A stretch of DNA of 64,000 nucleotides from Clostridia bacterium (GTDB taxonomy: Bacteria > Bacillota > Clostridia > Oscillospirales > CAG-272), in the NCBI GenBank assembly GCA_017547755.1, contig JAFYOX010000117.1:7684-71683 (forward strand), given 5' to 3'. The translations under genes were made by a program, and so were the position numbers. This document shows, piece after piece, positions 37,636-47,496 of the stretch; within the stretch, counting starts at the first letter, position 1; each line of letters begins with the position of its first letter. The notes beneath the pieces are model-generated. The model was not told the origin of the DNA. It did not search any database and saw only the letters and a list, made by a program, of their open reading frames with translations.

Positions 37636-37666
37636 GAAAATCCCTGTCACGCTGACAGGGATTTTC
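37636..37666. terminator. Bidirectional intrinsic terminator
   Basis: GAAAATCCCTGTCAcgcTGACAGGGATTTTC lies between convergent stops at 37612 and 37671. Confidence 0.75.
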
Positions 37667-37670
37667 TGCG

Positions 37671-38639
37671 TTATTCTGCCGGAACGGGCGGCAGAACAAG
37701 ATCGTCGATGATCTGACGGACGGTGTCATAATCCTCGCGGGGAAGAAGATAGGTCTGCTTTCCGCCTTCCTTTGCGTGCCACCACGTGACGCCTTCGTCG
37801 TCGACAGTCACACTGCCGTACGGATGAAGGTTCCAGTAGCCCGCGTCGGGACGGACAGCATACAGAAGCGCGGTATGGTCCCAGCTTTCACGTCCGTACA
37901 GACGTCCGCAGGGATGGACTTCGTAGGCACGGCGGACGGGATCGTCCTGCGGAGCCTTTTTCACGTAATCCTTCATGGTGACGCACCAGAGACCGATCTC
38001 GTAGCTTGAGAAGATCAGTTCGCCCGGCCATTCGCGGCAGAGAATCTGCGATGCGGGGATGTCCGCCTTGATGTTCCATTCCGCACGTACGGCAAGATCA
38101 CCGACCATGACGGGCATCGGCCACGAACCGAAGAAGCGTCCGCCCATGACGACGGTGCGGAGGACCTTCTGTTCGATCAGTTCACGTCCGGTGAGAGGGG
38201 AGATATCGTCCGCCGGACTCTGCACAAGACGGGCAAGGGATGCCATCGAGCCGGTCGCGGTCAGCGTGATGCTGCCGTTGTCCGCTTCGGCGAGAAGTCT
38301 GCGGAGAAGAACGAGCGTATCGGGTGCGGCGTTTTCCGTCCCGTAGGTGTCCGCCGGATAACGGTTCGGGAATTCGTCACAGAGATGACGGGTATACGTT
38401 CCTGGTTCGGGCGAACCGGAGCCGTAATTGATGCCGACGGGAACCACACGTCCGTAATACGTATTGATCGCGTCGATGCAGCCTGCGACATACGGAGAAG
38501 CATAGCAGGCGGTCACGGCGAGCAGCTCCGCTTCGCCGAGGTCGCAGAGACGGTGGAGCATGGCAAGCGCGCCCGCATCGTCGCAGTCGCCGCCGATGTC
38601 CGTGTCAAAAATGATTTTTACTTTTTTGGATTCAGACAT
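37671..38639 (-). CDS. Nucleoside hydrolase family (IUNH fold) protein
   Basis: 322 aa with an N-terminal Asp cluster IIFDTDIGGDCDDAGAL (DxDxxxDD motif). Confidence 0.7.
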   Translation of the reverse strand: MSESKKVKIIFDTDIGGDCDDAGALAMLHRLCDLGEAELLAVTACYASPYVAGCIDAINTYYGRVVPVGINYGSGSPEPGTYTRHLCDEFPNRYPADTYGTENAAPDTLVLLRRLLAEADNGSITLTATGSMASLARLVQSPADDISPLTGRELIEQKVLRTVVMGGRFFGSWPMPVMVGDLAVRAEWNIKADIPASQILCREWPGELIFSSYEIGLWCVTMKDYVKKAPQDDPVRRAYEVHPCGRLYGRESWDHTALLYAVRPDAGYWNLHPYGSVTVDDEGVTWWHAKEGGKQTYLLPREDYDTVRQIIDDLVLPPVPAE

Positions 38640-38679
38640 GAGGAAAACCTCCGTTTCGGGGATATTCGTTTTTCAGAAA

Positions 38680-39396
38680 TTATACTGCCGGATGCCGTAC
38701 ATAGGTCACACGGCGGCTCTGCATTTCGCCCGGTTCCTGGATTTCGATGTCCATCGTTTCCGAGGAAAGAAGGAAGTCACGGAGTCCGTGCGTGTCGGTG
38801 ATATCGTCGGGCAGGTATGCTCCGCAGTGTGCGCGGTGAGTGTCTGCGTGATAATCGCCGCCGGAGGTCAGGATCAGACCGGCGCTCTGTGCGATTTTCG
38901 TCAGTTTTTCCACGTGAGTCGCATCGTACAGCGGATGGCTGTTTGCTTCCACGCCGTCAAGATATGCGAGATCCTGAAGCACATCTTTTCCGCCGCGGAA
39001 CGGATGTGCCTGGACAAGCATCCCGCCGTTTTCCTTTACAAGGGCATACAGATCCGCCATGGTCATGGCGTAGGTCTCCGGATATTTCAGCGTGAACGAG
39101 GGATCCACGCCGTATACGAGGATGTGCGCATTCGAATGCAGTTCCATGGTCACTTCCATGCCGTAGAAGACTTTGAATCCGGCGGCGTCACCGCAGGCTT
39201 TGGTATATTCGTATTCTTTGACATAGCGTTCGGCGAATGCAGCGGCGTCACCGTTTTTGACGTAGTGGCGCTGATAGTGATTCGACAGGACGATCCCGTC
39301 GATCCCGGCGTCCTGTGCCGCCTTGATAATGTCGGGTGCGGGAACACGGCAGCAGGTGCTGATCCCGGAGGTGTGTGCGTGCAGGTCAATTAACAT
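38680..39396 (-). CDS. PHP-domain metal-dependent phosphoesterase
   Basis: ORF track gives 38680..39423. MLIDLHAHTSGIS is the PHP motif 1 HxH, followed by GIDGIVLSNHY and SGGDYHADTH. The start is either 39396 or 39423. Confidence 0.6.
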   Translation of the reverse strand: MLIDLHAHTSGISTCCRVPAPDIIKAAQDAGIDGIVLSNHYQRHYVKNGDAAAFAERYVKEYEYTKACGDAAGFKVFYGMEVTMELHSNAHILVYGVDPSFTLKYPETYAMTMADLYALVKENGGMLVQAHPFRGGKDVLQDLAYLDGVEANSHPLYDATHVEKLTKIAQSAGLILTSGGDYHADTHRAHCGAYLPDDITDTHGLRDFLLSSETMDIEIQEPGEMQSRRVTYVRHPAV

Positions 39397-39459
39397 GATA
39401 TTTCCTTCTTTATGTTTAATCATAGAATGGCTGTCGGGGTTCGCAATGCAGAGACCTCC

Positions 39460-41511
39460 TCAGCGGATCGTGTACCATACGAAATCGTTTGCCGGGATGG
39501 TGACGGTCAGCGTAACGGTATAGTCTCTTGCCAGTTCGCAGGAGAACGGTTCCGTGTCGAAACGTGCGAATTCCGCCGTTTCCGTGAGACCGGTGTAGTA
39601 CAGAGGTACGCGGATCGTACGGGTGATTTCTTCGTCGAGCGGATTGAAGAGGACGAGCATACCCTTTTCGTCCAGTTCCGGATTGACGTGGACATAGCCG
39701 TCGAAATCGCGTCCGTCGGGACGGCGGATCTTGACTGCGGGGCTTTCGAAGATCGCACGGTATTTTTTGTAGACCGCGATGCTGTCCTTCACCATGGCTT
39801 TGGTCTCGTCCGTATCGTAGAGACGGTGACCGCGGTAGGCGGCCTGCACACCGGCGAGGAGATTGTTGTTCAGCATCATCCGGTAGTGATCGAGATGTTC
39901 GCAGAGCGGTTCGATGGTTGCCGCCGCGCCGCCGCCGTGATACTGGGTCAGCGGAACGAACATCCAGCCCATGGACGGCAGTTTGTCGTAGGTGCCGTCG
40001 TGGATGTTCTGTCTGGCGAGGATGACCTGCTGTTCACGAGGAAGCGACCAGTTGACTTCCTTGTAGCCCATGCCGCACTTGTTGTTGCCGGAAAGGTAAT
40101 AGCGGTCGGGGACGTTCAGATAAATGCCGTTGTCCTTGCACCAGCGGTACAGTTCGGAAATGGCGGTGAGCTGGGTGTACTGGGAGTCTTCGTATCCTTC
40201 GTGACCGGGATGCTTTTCCGATCTGCAGGTGTCGCCCGGGTAGGAGCCGTCGTGTTCGAGGACGTCAAAGCCGGTCTCGCGGAGGAACGTGCGGATGTTT
40301 TCCAGATATTTTATGCCCCATTCACTGCCGAGGCAGGGAGAACTGCCGAAGATCACCGAGTCGGCGATAACGTTGTTGTCCGCATCGATGGAACGGGAGG
40401 CAAGCAGAGAATAGCCGCCGAGTTCGATGCCGCGCGAGTGGGCGTAATCGGCGATCTTTTTGAATCTTGCAATGTTTTCCGGGGAGGCGTCTTCCATGTT
40501 CAGACCGCTGCCGAAGGAGAGGATCAGCATTTCGAAGCCGACTTCGACGCACTGGTCGATGCATTCTTTCAGTTTTTCAAAATCGGTGGAAATAATGTGG
40601 ACGAAAATCGGATTTTCGGTCGTCCACGGTGCGAGCGTCCGGTAGAAGCGGTTGATCTGCAGCATCCGGCGCATCCGGTCGTTTTCGTCAAACAGAAGCA
40701 GGTGCGCGGTGTAGGAGGTGAAATCCTCCCCGTCCGCGATTTTTTTGTACGGACCGAGCGGCGGTCTGGAAACGAGCTGGATCGGGTACTGCGAGGGATA
40801 GTCGACCTGCGAGGAATATTCGGGATCGGTGGTGAACGCGAAGGTCGGCGTGAGCGTATTTTCGATGCTCGAAACGTAGAACAAGTTCCGCGACTGTTCG
40901 GCGATCCGGCGGACTTCGTTGTTGGCGGAGTCGTGTTCCGTGACCGCGAGGATCTCTGCTTCGAATTCGTTCAGGCGGATGTCCCTGCCGCTGCGGTTGC
41001 GGATGGTGAACGATTTGCCGAATGCGGGCAGATCGTCGTAGCATTCATGACGGAGGATCACTTCGATCCCTGCCAGTTCCGGCTTGTCGGAGGCAAATGT
41101 GACTTCCAGACAGACGCCCTTCGGCGGCCAGGTTTCGGCAGATGCGGGACGGCGGCGCTTCCAGTTCACCGTACGGGTGATCGGAACGACGCGGTGACTG
41201 CGGTAATTGAATCCGTCGGCAGGCTGGAATCTTTCATACCACGAGGGCTTCATAAAGCCGCGTTCAAACTGTCCGGAGACGCCGCCGACCGGATATTTCA
41301 CGCCGTCCACGGTGGCGGTGACTTCCGGCTTGACGGAGCGCAGGAACTGTTCGCCGGAGAAGAGATTCTTCAGGCTGATGCAGGCGAAATCGGGGGTGAG
41401 AAGGAACCGCCGTTCGGCGATGCCGTTGGTGAGGACGATTTCTCCGGCATTTTCTTCGATCCGCGCCGGATAGGCGGCGGATGCGGTGAGATAATCGTTG
41501 ATGTAGAACAT
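39460..41511 (-). CDS. Putative glycoside hydrolase, GH36/alpha-galactosidase-like architecture (uncertain)
   Basis: 683 aa with no signal peptide. It has an N-terminal beta-rich region, a central TIM-barrel-like segment (VGFEMLILSFGSG...ELGGYSLL...VLEHDGSYPGD) and a C-terminal beta-sandwich. The assignment is by resemblance only. Confidence 0.4.
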   Translation of the reverse strand: MFYINDYLTASAAYPARIEENAGEIVLTNGIAERRFLLTPDFACISLKNLFSGEQFLRSVKPEVTATVDGVKYPVGGVSGQFERGFMKPSWYERFQPADGFNYRSHRVVPITRTVNWKRRRPASAETWPPKGVCLEVTFASDKPELAGIEVILRHECYDDLPAFGKSFTIRNRSGRDIRLNEFEAEILAVTEHDSANNEVRRIAEQSRNLFYVSSIENTLTPTFAFTTDPEYSSQVDYPSQYPIQLVSRPPLGPYKKIADGEDFTSYTAHLLLFDENDRMRRMLQINRFYRTLAPWTTENPIFVHIISTDFEKLKECIDQCVEVGFEMLILSFGSGLNMEDASPENIARFKKIADYAHSRGIELGGYSLLASRSIDADNNVIADSVIFGSSPCLGSEWGIKYLENIRTFLRETGFDVLEHDGSYPGDTCRSEKHPGHEGYEDSQYTQLTAISELYRWCKDNGIYLNVPDRYYLSGNNKCGMGYKEVNWSLPREQQVILARQNIHDGTYDKLPSMGWMFVPLTQYHGGGAAATIEPLCEHLDHYRMMLNNNLLAGVQAAYRGHRLYDTDETKAMVKDSIAVYKKYRAIFESPAVKIRRPDGRDFDGYVHVNPELDEKGMLVLFNPLDEEITRTIRVPLYYTGLTETAEFARFDTEPFSCELARDYTVTLTVTIPANDFVWYTIR

Positions 41512-41555
41512 ACAGGATCCTCCTTCGGGAAGACAGAAGTTGTATTTTTTCGGAT

Positions 41556-42671
41556 TCAGAACGCCATGCGTGCCCAGCCTTCGCCGGAAACCGGCGGCAG
41601 ACCGAGAATTTCACGGCCGGTCTTCACGTAATAGCGGTAATTTTCGATCGGTACGCCGTTCGGGATGCGGTGGTCGAGCGCAAAGACCGTTCCGCCGCGG
41701 CGCATGACATCGGACATTTTGTATTCGAGTTCGGTGCGGATCTCTTCCTGCGTGCCGCGCAGGACGTGCTTGTCGATGCCGCCCTTGATGCAGAATTTTC
41801 TGCCGTATTTCTGCCGCAGTTTCACGACGTCCATTCCGGCGGCAGGTTCGCACGGGTAGAAGCAGTTGACGCCGCAGTCGATGAACGCGTCGAGGACGGG
41901 TTCCATATTGCCGTCGCTGTCCTGCGAGAAGAGTTTCGCACCGTAGGACTGCGCGCAGTCCCAGACCTTCCGGTAATACGGCTTCAGGAATTCCGTGACC
42001 TGTTTCGGTCCTGCGAGCGGTCCGGATTTGCCTGCCATGTCTTCGTGGATCGTCAGAACGTCGATCGGGACGATGTCGCCGACCCTTTCGAGGACCTTCA
42101 CGGCAGTATCCGCCATGGTGGCGAGCATATCCTCGATCATTTCCGGTTCTTCGTAATAGGCGATGCAGAGCTCCTCTTCACCGAGAAGCTGGCGCGGTTC
42201 GTCGAATCCGCCGGGAACGCCGATCAGGGTGAGATATCCCTTTTCCCATAATGTTTTCTGCTGAAGCAGGCGTTCGCGGTTCACGCGGTCTTCGGAGAAC
42301 GCGTACCAGTGCCTGATCTTCAGCCAGTCGTCCATGGTCTTTACGGGATGATCGAGCGGAAGCGGGATGGTCGCGCTTTTCTTGAACAGCTTCATTGTCC
42401 GTCCCATGCCGTCGACGGAAATGGTGAGATCCGGATGATCCTCCAGAATCCGCGGTGAAATTCCGGTGATCGCACCGGAATTTCCGGAAAGATGGCTCAT
42501 CAGGACATAGTCCCAGTCAAACGCCGTCATGCCGATCTCGCTTTCGGACGCTCCCTGACTGCGCCATTCCTGCTCCAGCTGCTGCAGAGGTCCGAACAGT
42601 TCGCAGAACATCTCACGGCCGGTATATTCATACGCACAATGCGCAAGGTATTGTTCACGGTTCCAGATCAT
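41556..42671 (-). CDS. Uroporphyrinogen-decarboxylase-family (URO-D-like) protein
   Basis: ORF track gives 41556..42746. The start is at MIWNREQYLAHCAYEY (42671). The TIM-barrel pattern ...LTIHEDMAGKSGPL...FSQDSDGNM...FYPCEPAAGMD... is typical of URO-D-like proteins in sugar loci. Confidence 0.55.
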   Translation of the reverse strand: MIWNREQYLAHCAYEYTGREMFCELFGPLQQLEQEWRSQGASESEIGMTAFDWDYVLMSHLSGNSGAITGISPRILEDHPDLTISVDGMGRTMKLFKKSATIPLPLDHPVKTMDDWLKIRHWYAFSEDRVNRERLLQQKTLWEKGYLTLIGVPGGFDEPRQLLGEEELCIAYYEEPEMIEDMLATMADTAVKVLERVGDIVPIDVLTIHEDMAGKSGPLAGPKQVTEFLKPYYRKVWDCAQSYGAKLFSQDSDGNMEPVLDAFIDCGVNCFYPCEPAAGMDVVKLRQKYGRKFCIKGGIDKHVLRGTQEEIRTELEYKMSDVMRRGGTVFALDHRIPNGVPIENYRYYVKTGREILGLPPVSGEGWARMAF

Positions 42672-42777
42672 TTTGAAAATCCTTTCGCCACAGAAGTCTT
42701 TTTTATGCTTTTTTAATATATTATCACATATTTTTTCGGTATGCAATATATTTTCTGTACATTTTTACGCAAAAAGA

Positions 42778-42806
42778 AAGAACCCCTGTCCGGGACAGAG
42801 GTTCTT
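42778..42806 (-). terminator. Intrinsic terminator after the AlkP-like gene
   Basis: AAGAACCCCTGTccgggACAGAGGTTCTT is followed on the minus strand by CTTTTTG. Confidence 0.65.
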
Positions 42807-42810
42807 GGGT

Positions 42811-43611
42811 TCAGACGATGGTGCCGAAGAAGTGGACGATGTTCATGTCCTCGATCATTTTGCTGCCGTGTGCGCCGGTTCCGCCGAGAACGGGATGCTG
42901 ACCGTGGTCGGGAGAATAGGTCAGCAGGGTCTTGTGTCCGGTGTAGGATTCTCTGACGGCTTCGGCGATCCGGTGGAATCCCTCCGCTTCCAGAGAAACG
43001 GCGTTGAGTGCCTGCTTGGATTCGGGACCGAATGCGTGTGCGGCGTTGTCGTAGTCGAAGGTGTGGATGCTGATCACATCGTATTTGTTTTTCGCGATCA
43101 GTTCCAGTGCCTTTTCCTGGACTTCCACGGCGTTGGCGGCTTCAAAATAGTCGAGAGCACGTCCCTTGAATATATGGAGGAAGGTGGAGTCCGCCTGTGC
43201 GACGATGGCGACTCTGCGTCCTTCGCGGAGAAGGACGTCAAAGAAGGTATCGCAGGTCAGCTGCGGTCGGGTATAGGTGAGGATCCCGTGTCCTTCGGGA
43301 TCGAGACCGGTGTACATGGTCGCGTGCGCCACCGGCGTCACGGATTCCACGGTGCTGAGGAACGGTACGGACAGGCTGGTATGCTGATAGACCGGTGCGA
43401 ACAGAGACGTGTATTTCTGCCAGATGTGATGCCCCACCGCATCCGCGTGGTACAGGACCGCACGGTCGGCAGTGCCGTTCATCCGTTCTTTCAGAAGTGC
43501 GGGGATCCACGCCACCGATGGTGCGTAGGTTTCCGGCAGGGAAATGTCCATGCAGTCCGCCACGATGCCGGCGAAATGCTTCAGACTGTAGGAATTGTAA
43601 TGGTCAGCCAT
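42811..43611 (-). CDS. Alkaline-phosphatase-superfamily protein (type I phosphodiesterase / nucleotide pyrophosphatase-like)
   Basis: 266 aa. ESVTPVAHATMYTGLDPEGHGI matches the NPP nucleophile/metal motif pattern (T-P-x-H-x-x-x-x-TG-x-x-P-x-x-HGI). GAHGS lies near the C-terminus. Confidence 0.55.
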   Translation of the reverse strand: MADHYNSYSLKHFAGIVADCMDISLPETYAPSVAWIPALLKERMNGTADRAVLYHADAVGHHIWQKYTSLFAPVYQHTSLSVPFLSTVESVTPVAHATMYTGLDPEGHGILTYTRPQLTCDTFFDVLLREGRRVAIVAQADSTFLHIFKGRALDYFEAANAVEVQEKALELIAKNKYDVISIHTFDYDNAAHAFGPESKQALNAVSLEAEGFHRIAEAVRESYTGHKTLLTYSPDHGQHPVLGGTGAHGSKMIEDMNIVHFFGTIV

Positions 43612-43626
43612 GCGGTTCTCCTTTGG

Positions 43627-44670
43627 TCAGCGGTCATTCCAGATCGGGTTGCCGACGGCAACGAGGGTTCCGGTGGAGGTGTCCGTGATTTCCGCGCGGT
43701 AGAACGCGCAGTCCGCGGTATCGAAGGTGAAATAAGAGGTGGAATCGCAGGGAATATCGCTCTGGAAAACGATACCCTTGTCGTCGAACAGATCGAGACG
43801 GAAGGTGTGATCCGGCAGACGGACGCTTCGGTGGAAGTCGCCGGCCGCGAGGATCAGCTTCTGACCGGCAAAGGCGGTTTTACCGCCGGTTTTTGTGTCG
43901 CCGATGCACATGCGGATGCCTGCGGAACCGCAGGTGAAGTCACCTGCGCGCAGATGGGAGAGGAAGTCCGCGTTTGTCTGCGCTTCCGCGTAAATGGTGG
44001 TCAGTGCCTTTGCGTCGGGATGCGCGTGCTTGTCGCCGCCGGCACATGCCCAGACGCGCTTGCCTGCCTTCAGAAGGTCGAGCCACAGCGCGTAGTTCTG
44101 CGCGGTATAGGTGCTTTCCGGTTCGTTGTAGAAGACTTCGATCCCGGTCTCGTCGCGGAACCAGTAGTTCAGCGGATCGTCGGATACCATGACCTGCTTC
44201 GGATGGGGATGGACGAAGAAGCCGCCGTATGCCTTGACTGTGTCGATCAGCTTGCCGAAGCGTTCCGTCGTGAAGGAAGGATAGACGAAATGTCCTTCCT
44301 CACCGCCCGAAAACTGATATTCCGGGAATTCCGCGAGGAGCTTTTCCAGAGGTTCCGGACCCGTGAAGAGCATATTGTAATGCAGGGACGAACCCTGTGC
44401 GGTGCTGTCGCTGATCCGTGTGCCCGGTTCGCTTCCGCCGATGAAGAGGCCGTCCTTCCATTCGGGGAGGTACATATGCCGCACCTGACGATGGTCAAGA
44501 ATGGCGGCAAAATCCATTGCCAGTTCCTTCATTTCTTCGATCCATTCGGCGAGGGTGCATTTTCCGTCGCTCGTGCCGCCGCTTGCGGAATGGTCGTGCA
44601 GTTCGCCGTGATACGCGCGGCATCCGCTGTAGAGATTTTCAAGTTTCAGGATTTCCTGTTCCGTGATCAT
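43627..44670 (-). CDS. PHP / CehA-McbA-like metallohydrolase (uncertain)
   Basis: 347 aa with N-terminal YHGELHDHSASGGTSDG (PHP-like HxH...SDG), then ILDHRQ, FFVHPHP and GGDKHAH. Confidence 0.4.
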   Translation of the reverse strand: MITEQEILKLENLYSGCRAYHGELHDHSASGGTSDGKCTLAEWIEEMKELAMDFAAILDHRQVRHMYLPEWKDGLFIGGSEPGTRISDSTAQGSSLHYNMLFTGPEPLEKLLAEFPEYQFSGGEEGHFVYPSFTTERFGKLIDTVKAYGGFFVHPHPKQVMVSDDPLNYWFRDETGIEVFYNEPESTYTAQNYALWLDLLKAGKRVWACAGGDKHAHPDAKALTTIYAEAQTNADFLSHLRAGDFTCGSAGIRMCIGDTKTGGKTAFAGQKLILAAGDFHRSVRLPDHTFRLDLFDDKGIVFQSDIPCDSTSYFTFDTADCAFYRAEITDTSTGTLVAVGNPIWNDR

Positions 44671-44695
44671 AGTTTTTCTCCTTTCGGGGATGATT

Positions 44696-46426
44696 TTATT
44701 TTTCGTTTTTTTCCATCAAAATAATAAAGTCGTGATCCGTCACGCCGAGTCCGAGCGGGACGGCGGGATCGATCTCCGTCCACTGCCGCGTTTCGAGGTC
44801 ATACAGACGGACGCGGTATACGGGATCGATGCCGCTCAGTACCACCGGATGCGGCTTCTGTTCACGCAGAGAGAAGTTTTCGGCTTTTCCGCCGTCCGCA
44901 GTATCGACATAATAGGAAACGGACGTATAATTCCGCAGGAACACGAGCTTTACGCGTCCGTTGTCGGCGGTCAGCGCTTTCTGCTGATATCCGTCGATCG
45001 GTGCGAGCGCAGGCCGGTGTGCGGTGAAGTCCGCTTTGGTCAGAGCGGTCAGCGGGACGCCTTCCGTCAGTGAGAACCGGAAGGGAATGCCTGTTTCCAG
45101 ACTCCATTGTTCTGCGTCGAGGAGTTTCTGATAATAGTCACTTTCCGCTTTGATGCAGAAGCGGTGACCGTGATCGGTTGCCGCCGCATCGGGACACCAG
45201 CGGTGAGAGGGGAAGACGCAGTCCGGTTCCCCATTTTTCCAGAGGGATTCGAACCATGCCTGCGCTTCGGATAGATCGATGGTCAGCGGAGCATCGGGCG
45301 TGAGCGGATAATCGTTCAGTTCCGCGAACACTTCGCGGATGGCGTGATACTGTCCGTAGCCGCGTGCCTGCCACGAAACACAGCCGCCGGCACCGGAAAG
45401 AAGGGTCAGCCATGCCGTATCGCGGCTGAGCAGGGTGAGGATCCGCTCGTCTCTGGGACTGTGCGGACGCCGTACGGGGATCGCCTGCCATTCGCCCATG
45501 ATGGTCGGACGTCCGACGGCGGTATACTGCAGTGCCATGTCACTGACTGCGGCATAGTCGATGCCCGGACGGGAACCGCAGATATCGGGATAATTGTGGA
45601 GAGAGAAGAAATCCGGACGGATCTCCCGGCTCCACTGGATCGTGTCGTGTCCGAGAAGGCTGACGCCGGGATTGCTGATGCAGAGCGGCAGATCCGGCGC
45701 AGTCCGGCGGATATGGTCGGCCATATCGCGGTGCCAGTCGAGGTATGCCGGAGTATCTTCCCAGCGGAAGGTGTTCATCGGCTTTGCGTGCGGACTTGCC
45801 CAGCCGGATTCGTTGAAGATCTCGATGGCGAAGAGATCTTCAAACTCCCGGAGCTGCGGAAGAAGTTCGTCAAGAAAGCGGTGACAGCAGTCGCGGACGT
45901 CAGGATCGGAGAAAAAGTCGTCGTAGGAGACGATATCCGCGGGATCTTCGAGAAATCTGCGCTGGCTGGGTGCGGCATTCCGGATCTCCTCGTCCGTCCA
46001 CAGCCGTCTGCCCCAGTAGGTGCGCGTGTCTCTCTGGCAGTAAAAACTGCATTCCGGTTCGGTGAAGAGACAGAGCTGCAGACGGATGCCATACGCGCGT
46101 GCTTCCTTCATGTACGCTTTGATTTTCGCAAGCAGGGACGAATTGACGCGTCCGCCGATGTCGAGACCTTCCCAGGCCGATCCGCCGCTGTCGCCGCGCG
46201 GGAACATCCGGATGGCGGTGCAGCCGTCCTCTTCGGCGAGAAACCGGAAGAATTTCTGCCATACGCTGCGCGTGGCGTGCTGGAATTCGAGAAGACTGCT
46301 TCCGTGCTGGGAGTCCGCCGCGAGTTCTTCGCCGACATACTCCGTACGGAAATAGCAGCCGAACATTCCGAGCGGAAGGTACCGCGTACCGTCTTCGTTA
46401 TAAAAATAGCCGTTTTTCCACTGCAT
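44696..46426 (-). CDS. Clan GH-A (GH5-like) TIM-barrel glycoside hydrolase (uncertain family)
   Basis: 576 aa with no signal peptide. TAIRMFPRGD, a candidate acid/base motif IEIFNESGW, a later MGEWQA candidate nucleophile, and a C-terminal beta-sandwich are present. Confidence 0.45.
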   Translation of the reverse strand: MQWKNGYFYNEDGTRYLPLGMFGCYFRTEYVGEELAADSQHGSSLLEFQHATRSVWQKFFRFLAEEDGCTAIRMFPRGDSGGSAWEGLDIGGRVNSSLLAKIKAYMKEARAYGIRLQLCLFTEPECSFYCQRDTRTYWGRRLWTDEEIRNAAPSQRRFLEDPADIVSYDDFFSDPDVRDCCHRFLDELLPQLREFEDLFAIEIFNESGWASPHAKPMNTFRWEDTPAYLDWHRDMADHIRRTAPDLPLCISNPGVSLLGHDTIQWSREIRPDFFSLHNYPDICGSRPGIDYAAVSDMALQYTAVGRPTIMGEWQAIPVRRPHSPRDERILTLLSRDTAWLTLLSGAGGCVSWQARGYGQYHAIREVFAELNDYPLTPDAPLTIDLSEAQAWFESLWKNGEPDCVFPSHRWCPDAAATDHGHRFCIKAESDYYQKLLDAEQWSLETGIPFRFSLTEGVPLTALTKADFTAHRPALAPIDGYQQKALTADNGRVKLVFLRNYTSVSYYVDTADGGKAENFSLREQKPHPVVLSGIDPVYRVRLYDLETRQWTEIDPAVPLGLGVTDHDFIILMEKNEK

Positions 46427-46470
46427 GGGGGTATACTCCTTTCCGGGGAGAAATTTCGATGGTTTTCCTT

Positions 46471-46499
46471 ATTATACTGCGTTTTTTGGGGACTGTCAA
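46471..46499 (-). promoter_or_regulatory. Consensus promoter TTGACA-17-TATAAT for the 46426-42811 operon
   Basis: Reverse complement reads TTGACA gtccccaaaaaacgcag TATAAT. Confidence 0.6.
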
Positions 46500-46508
46500 T
46501 CGTTTCCG

Positions 46509-46537
46509 TTGACAAGGATGCGGCGGTATGGTACAAT
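46509..46537 (+). promoter_or_regulatory. Promoter TTGACA-17-TACAAT (extended TG) for GH43 gene 1
   Basis: TTGACA aggatgcggcggtatgg TACAAT lies back-to-back with the minus-strand promoter, with 9 bp between the two -35 boxes. Confidence 0.6.
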
Positions 46538-46584
46538 ATGGACAAAAAATATATTCGATGGCTGTATGCCGGAAAGGATTTTCT

Positions 46585-47496
46585 ATGAATTTTTCCATCC
46601 GCAATCCCCTGGACGAAAACTGGTATGCCGATCCCGAAGCGCGTTACTATGAAGGGAAGTATATCATCTACGTCACCCATTCGCTTCCGTTCGACGATCA
46701 GCACAATCACACCTGTTTCGTTTCCGAAGACCTCACGCACTGGGAAAAGATCGAGAATATCATCGATATGAGCGGTTTCCCGTGGGCAAAGTGTGCTATC
46801 TGGGCGCCGACCATTGAAGAAAAGGACGGAAAGTACTACTACATTTTCGCATCCAACGATATCCCGCACAAGAGCGAGATCGGCGGTCTCGAAATCGCGG
46901 TCTCCGACTGCCCGACCGGACCGTTCAAGGCACTTCTCGACCGTCCGCTCATCGGCGAATTCCACAACGGCGCACAGCCGATCGACGCGCACCTCTTCAA
47001 GGACGACGACGGTACCATGTATCTCTACTACGGTGGCTGGGGTCACTGCAACATCGTGAAGATGAACGACGACATGACGGGCTTTGTTCCCTTTGAAGAC
47101 GGCGAGATCTTCAAGGAAATCACGCCGCCCGATTACGTCGAAGGTCCGTGCATGATGAAGCGCGGCGACAAGTACTACTTCATGTGGTCTTCCGGCGGCT
47201 GGACGGACGGTACCTACCGCGTCAATACCGCGATCTCCGACAAGCCGTGGGGCCCGTTCACGGAAGCGCACACGATCCTCTCCACGGGAGATTCCACCAT
47301 TGCCAACGGTCCCGGACACAACGGTTTCCTGTATCTGCCCGAACATGACCAGTATCTGATGGTTTACCATCGCCACAAGCCGGAGATCCGCAACGGCAAC
47401 GCCCGCTTCCTCTGCATCGACCGCATGGATCTGGACGAAAACGGAAACATCCTGCCGGTGGAAATGACCATGGAATGGACGTTTGACGGAAAATAA
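46585..47496 (+). CDS. Glycoside hydrolase family 43
   Basis: ORF track gives 46528..47496. The start is ATG 46585 (MNFSIRNPL). GH43 motifs are YADPEARYYEGKYIIY, IWAPTIEEKDGKYYY, IDAHLFKDDDG and VEGPCMMKRGDKYYFMWS. Confidence 0.8.
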   Translation: MNFSIRNPLDENWYADPEARYYEGKYIIYVTHSLPFDDQHNHTCFVSEDLTHWEKIENIIDMSGFPWAKCAIWAPTIEEKDGKYYYIFASNDIPHKSEIGGLEIAVSDCPTGPFKALLDRPLIGEFHNGAQPIDAHLFKDDDGTMYLYYGGWGHCNIVKMNDDMTGFVPFEDGEIFKEITPPDYVEGPCMMKRGDKYYFMWSSGGWTDGTYRVNTAISDKPWGPFTEAHTILSTGDSTIANGPGHNGFLYLPEHDQYLMVYHRHKPEIRNGNARFLCIDRMDLDENGNILPVEMTMEWTFDGK

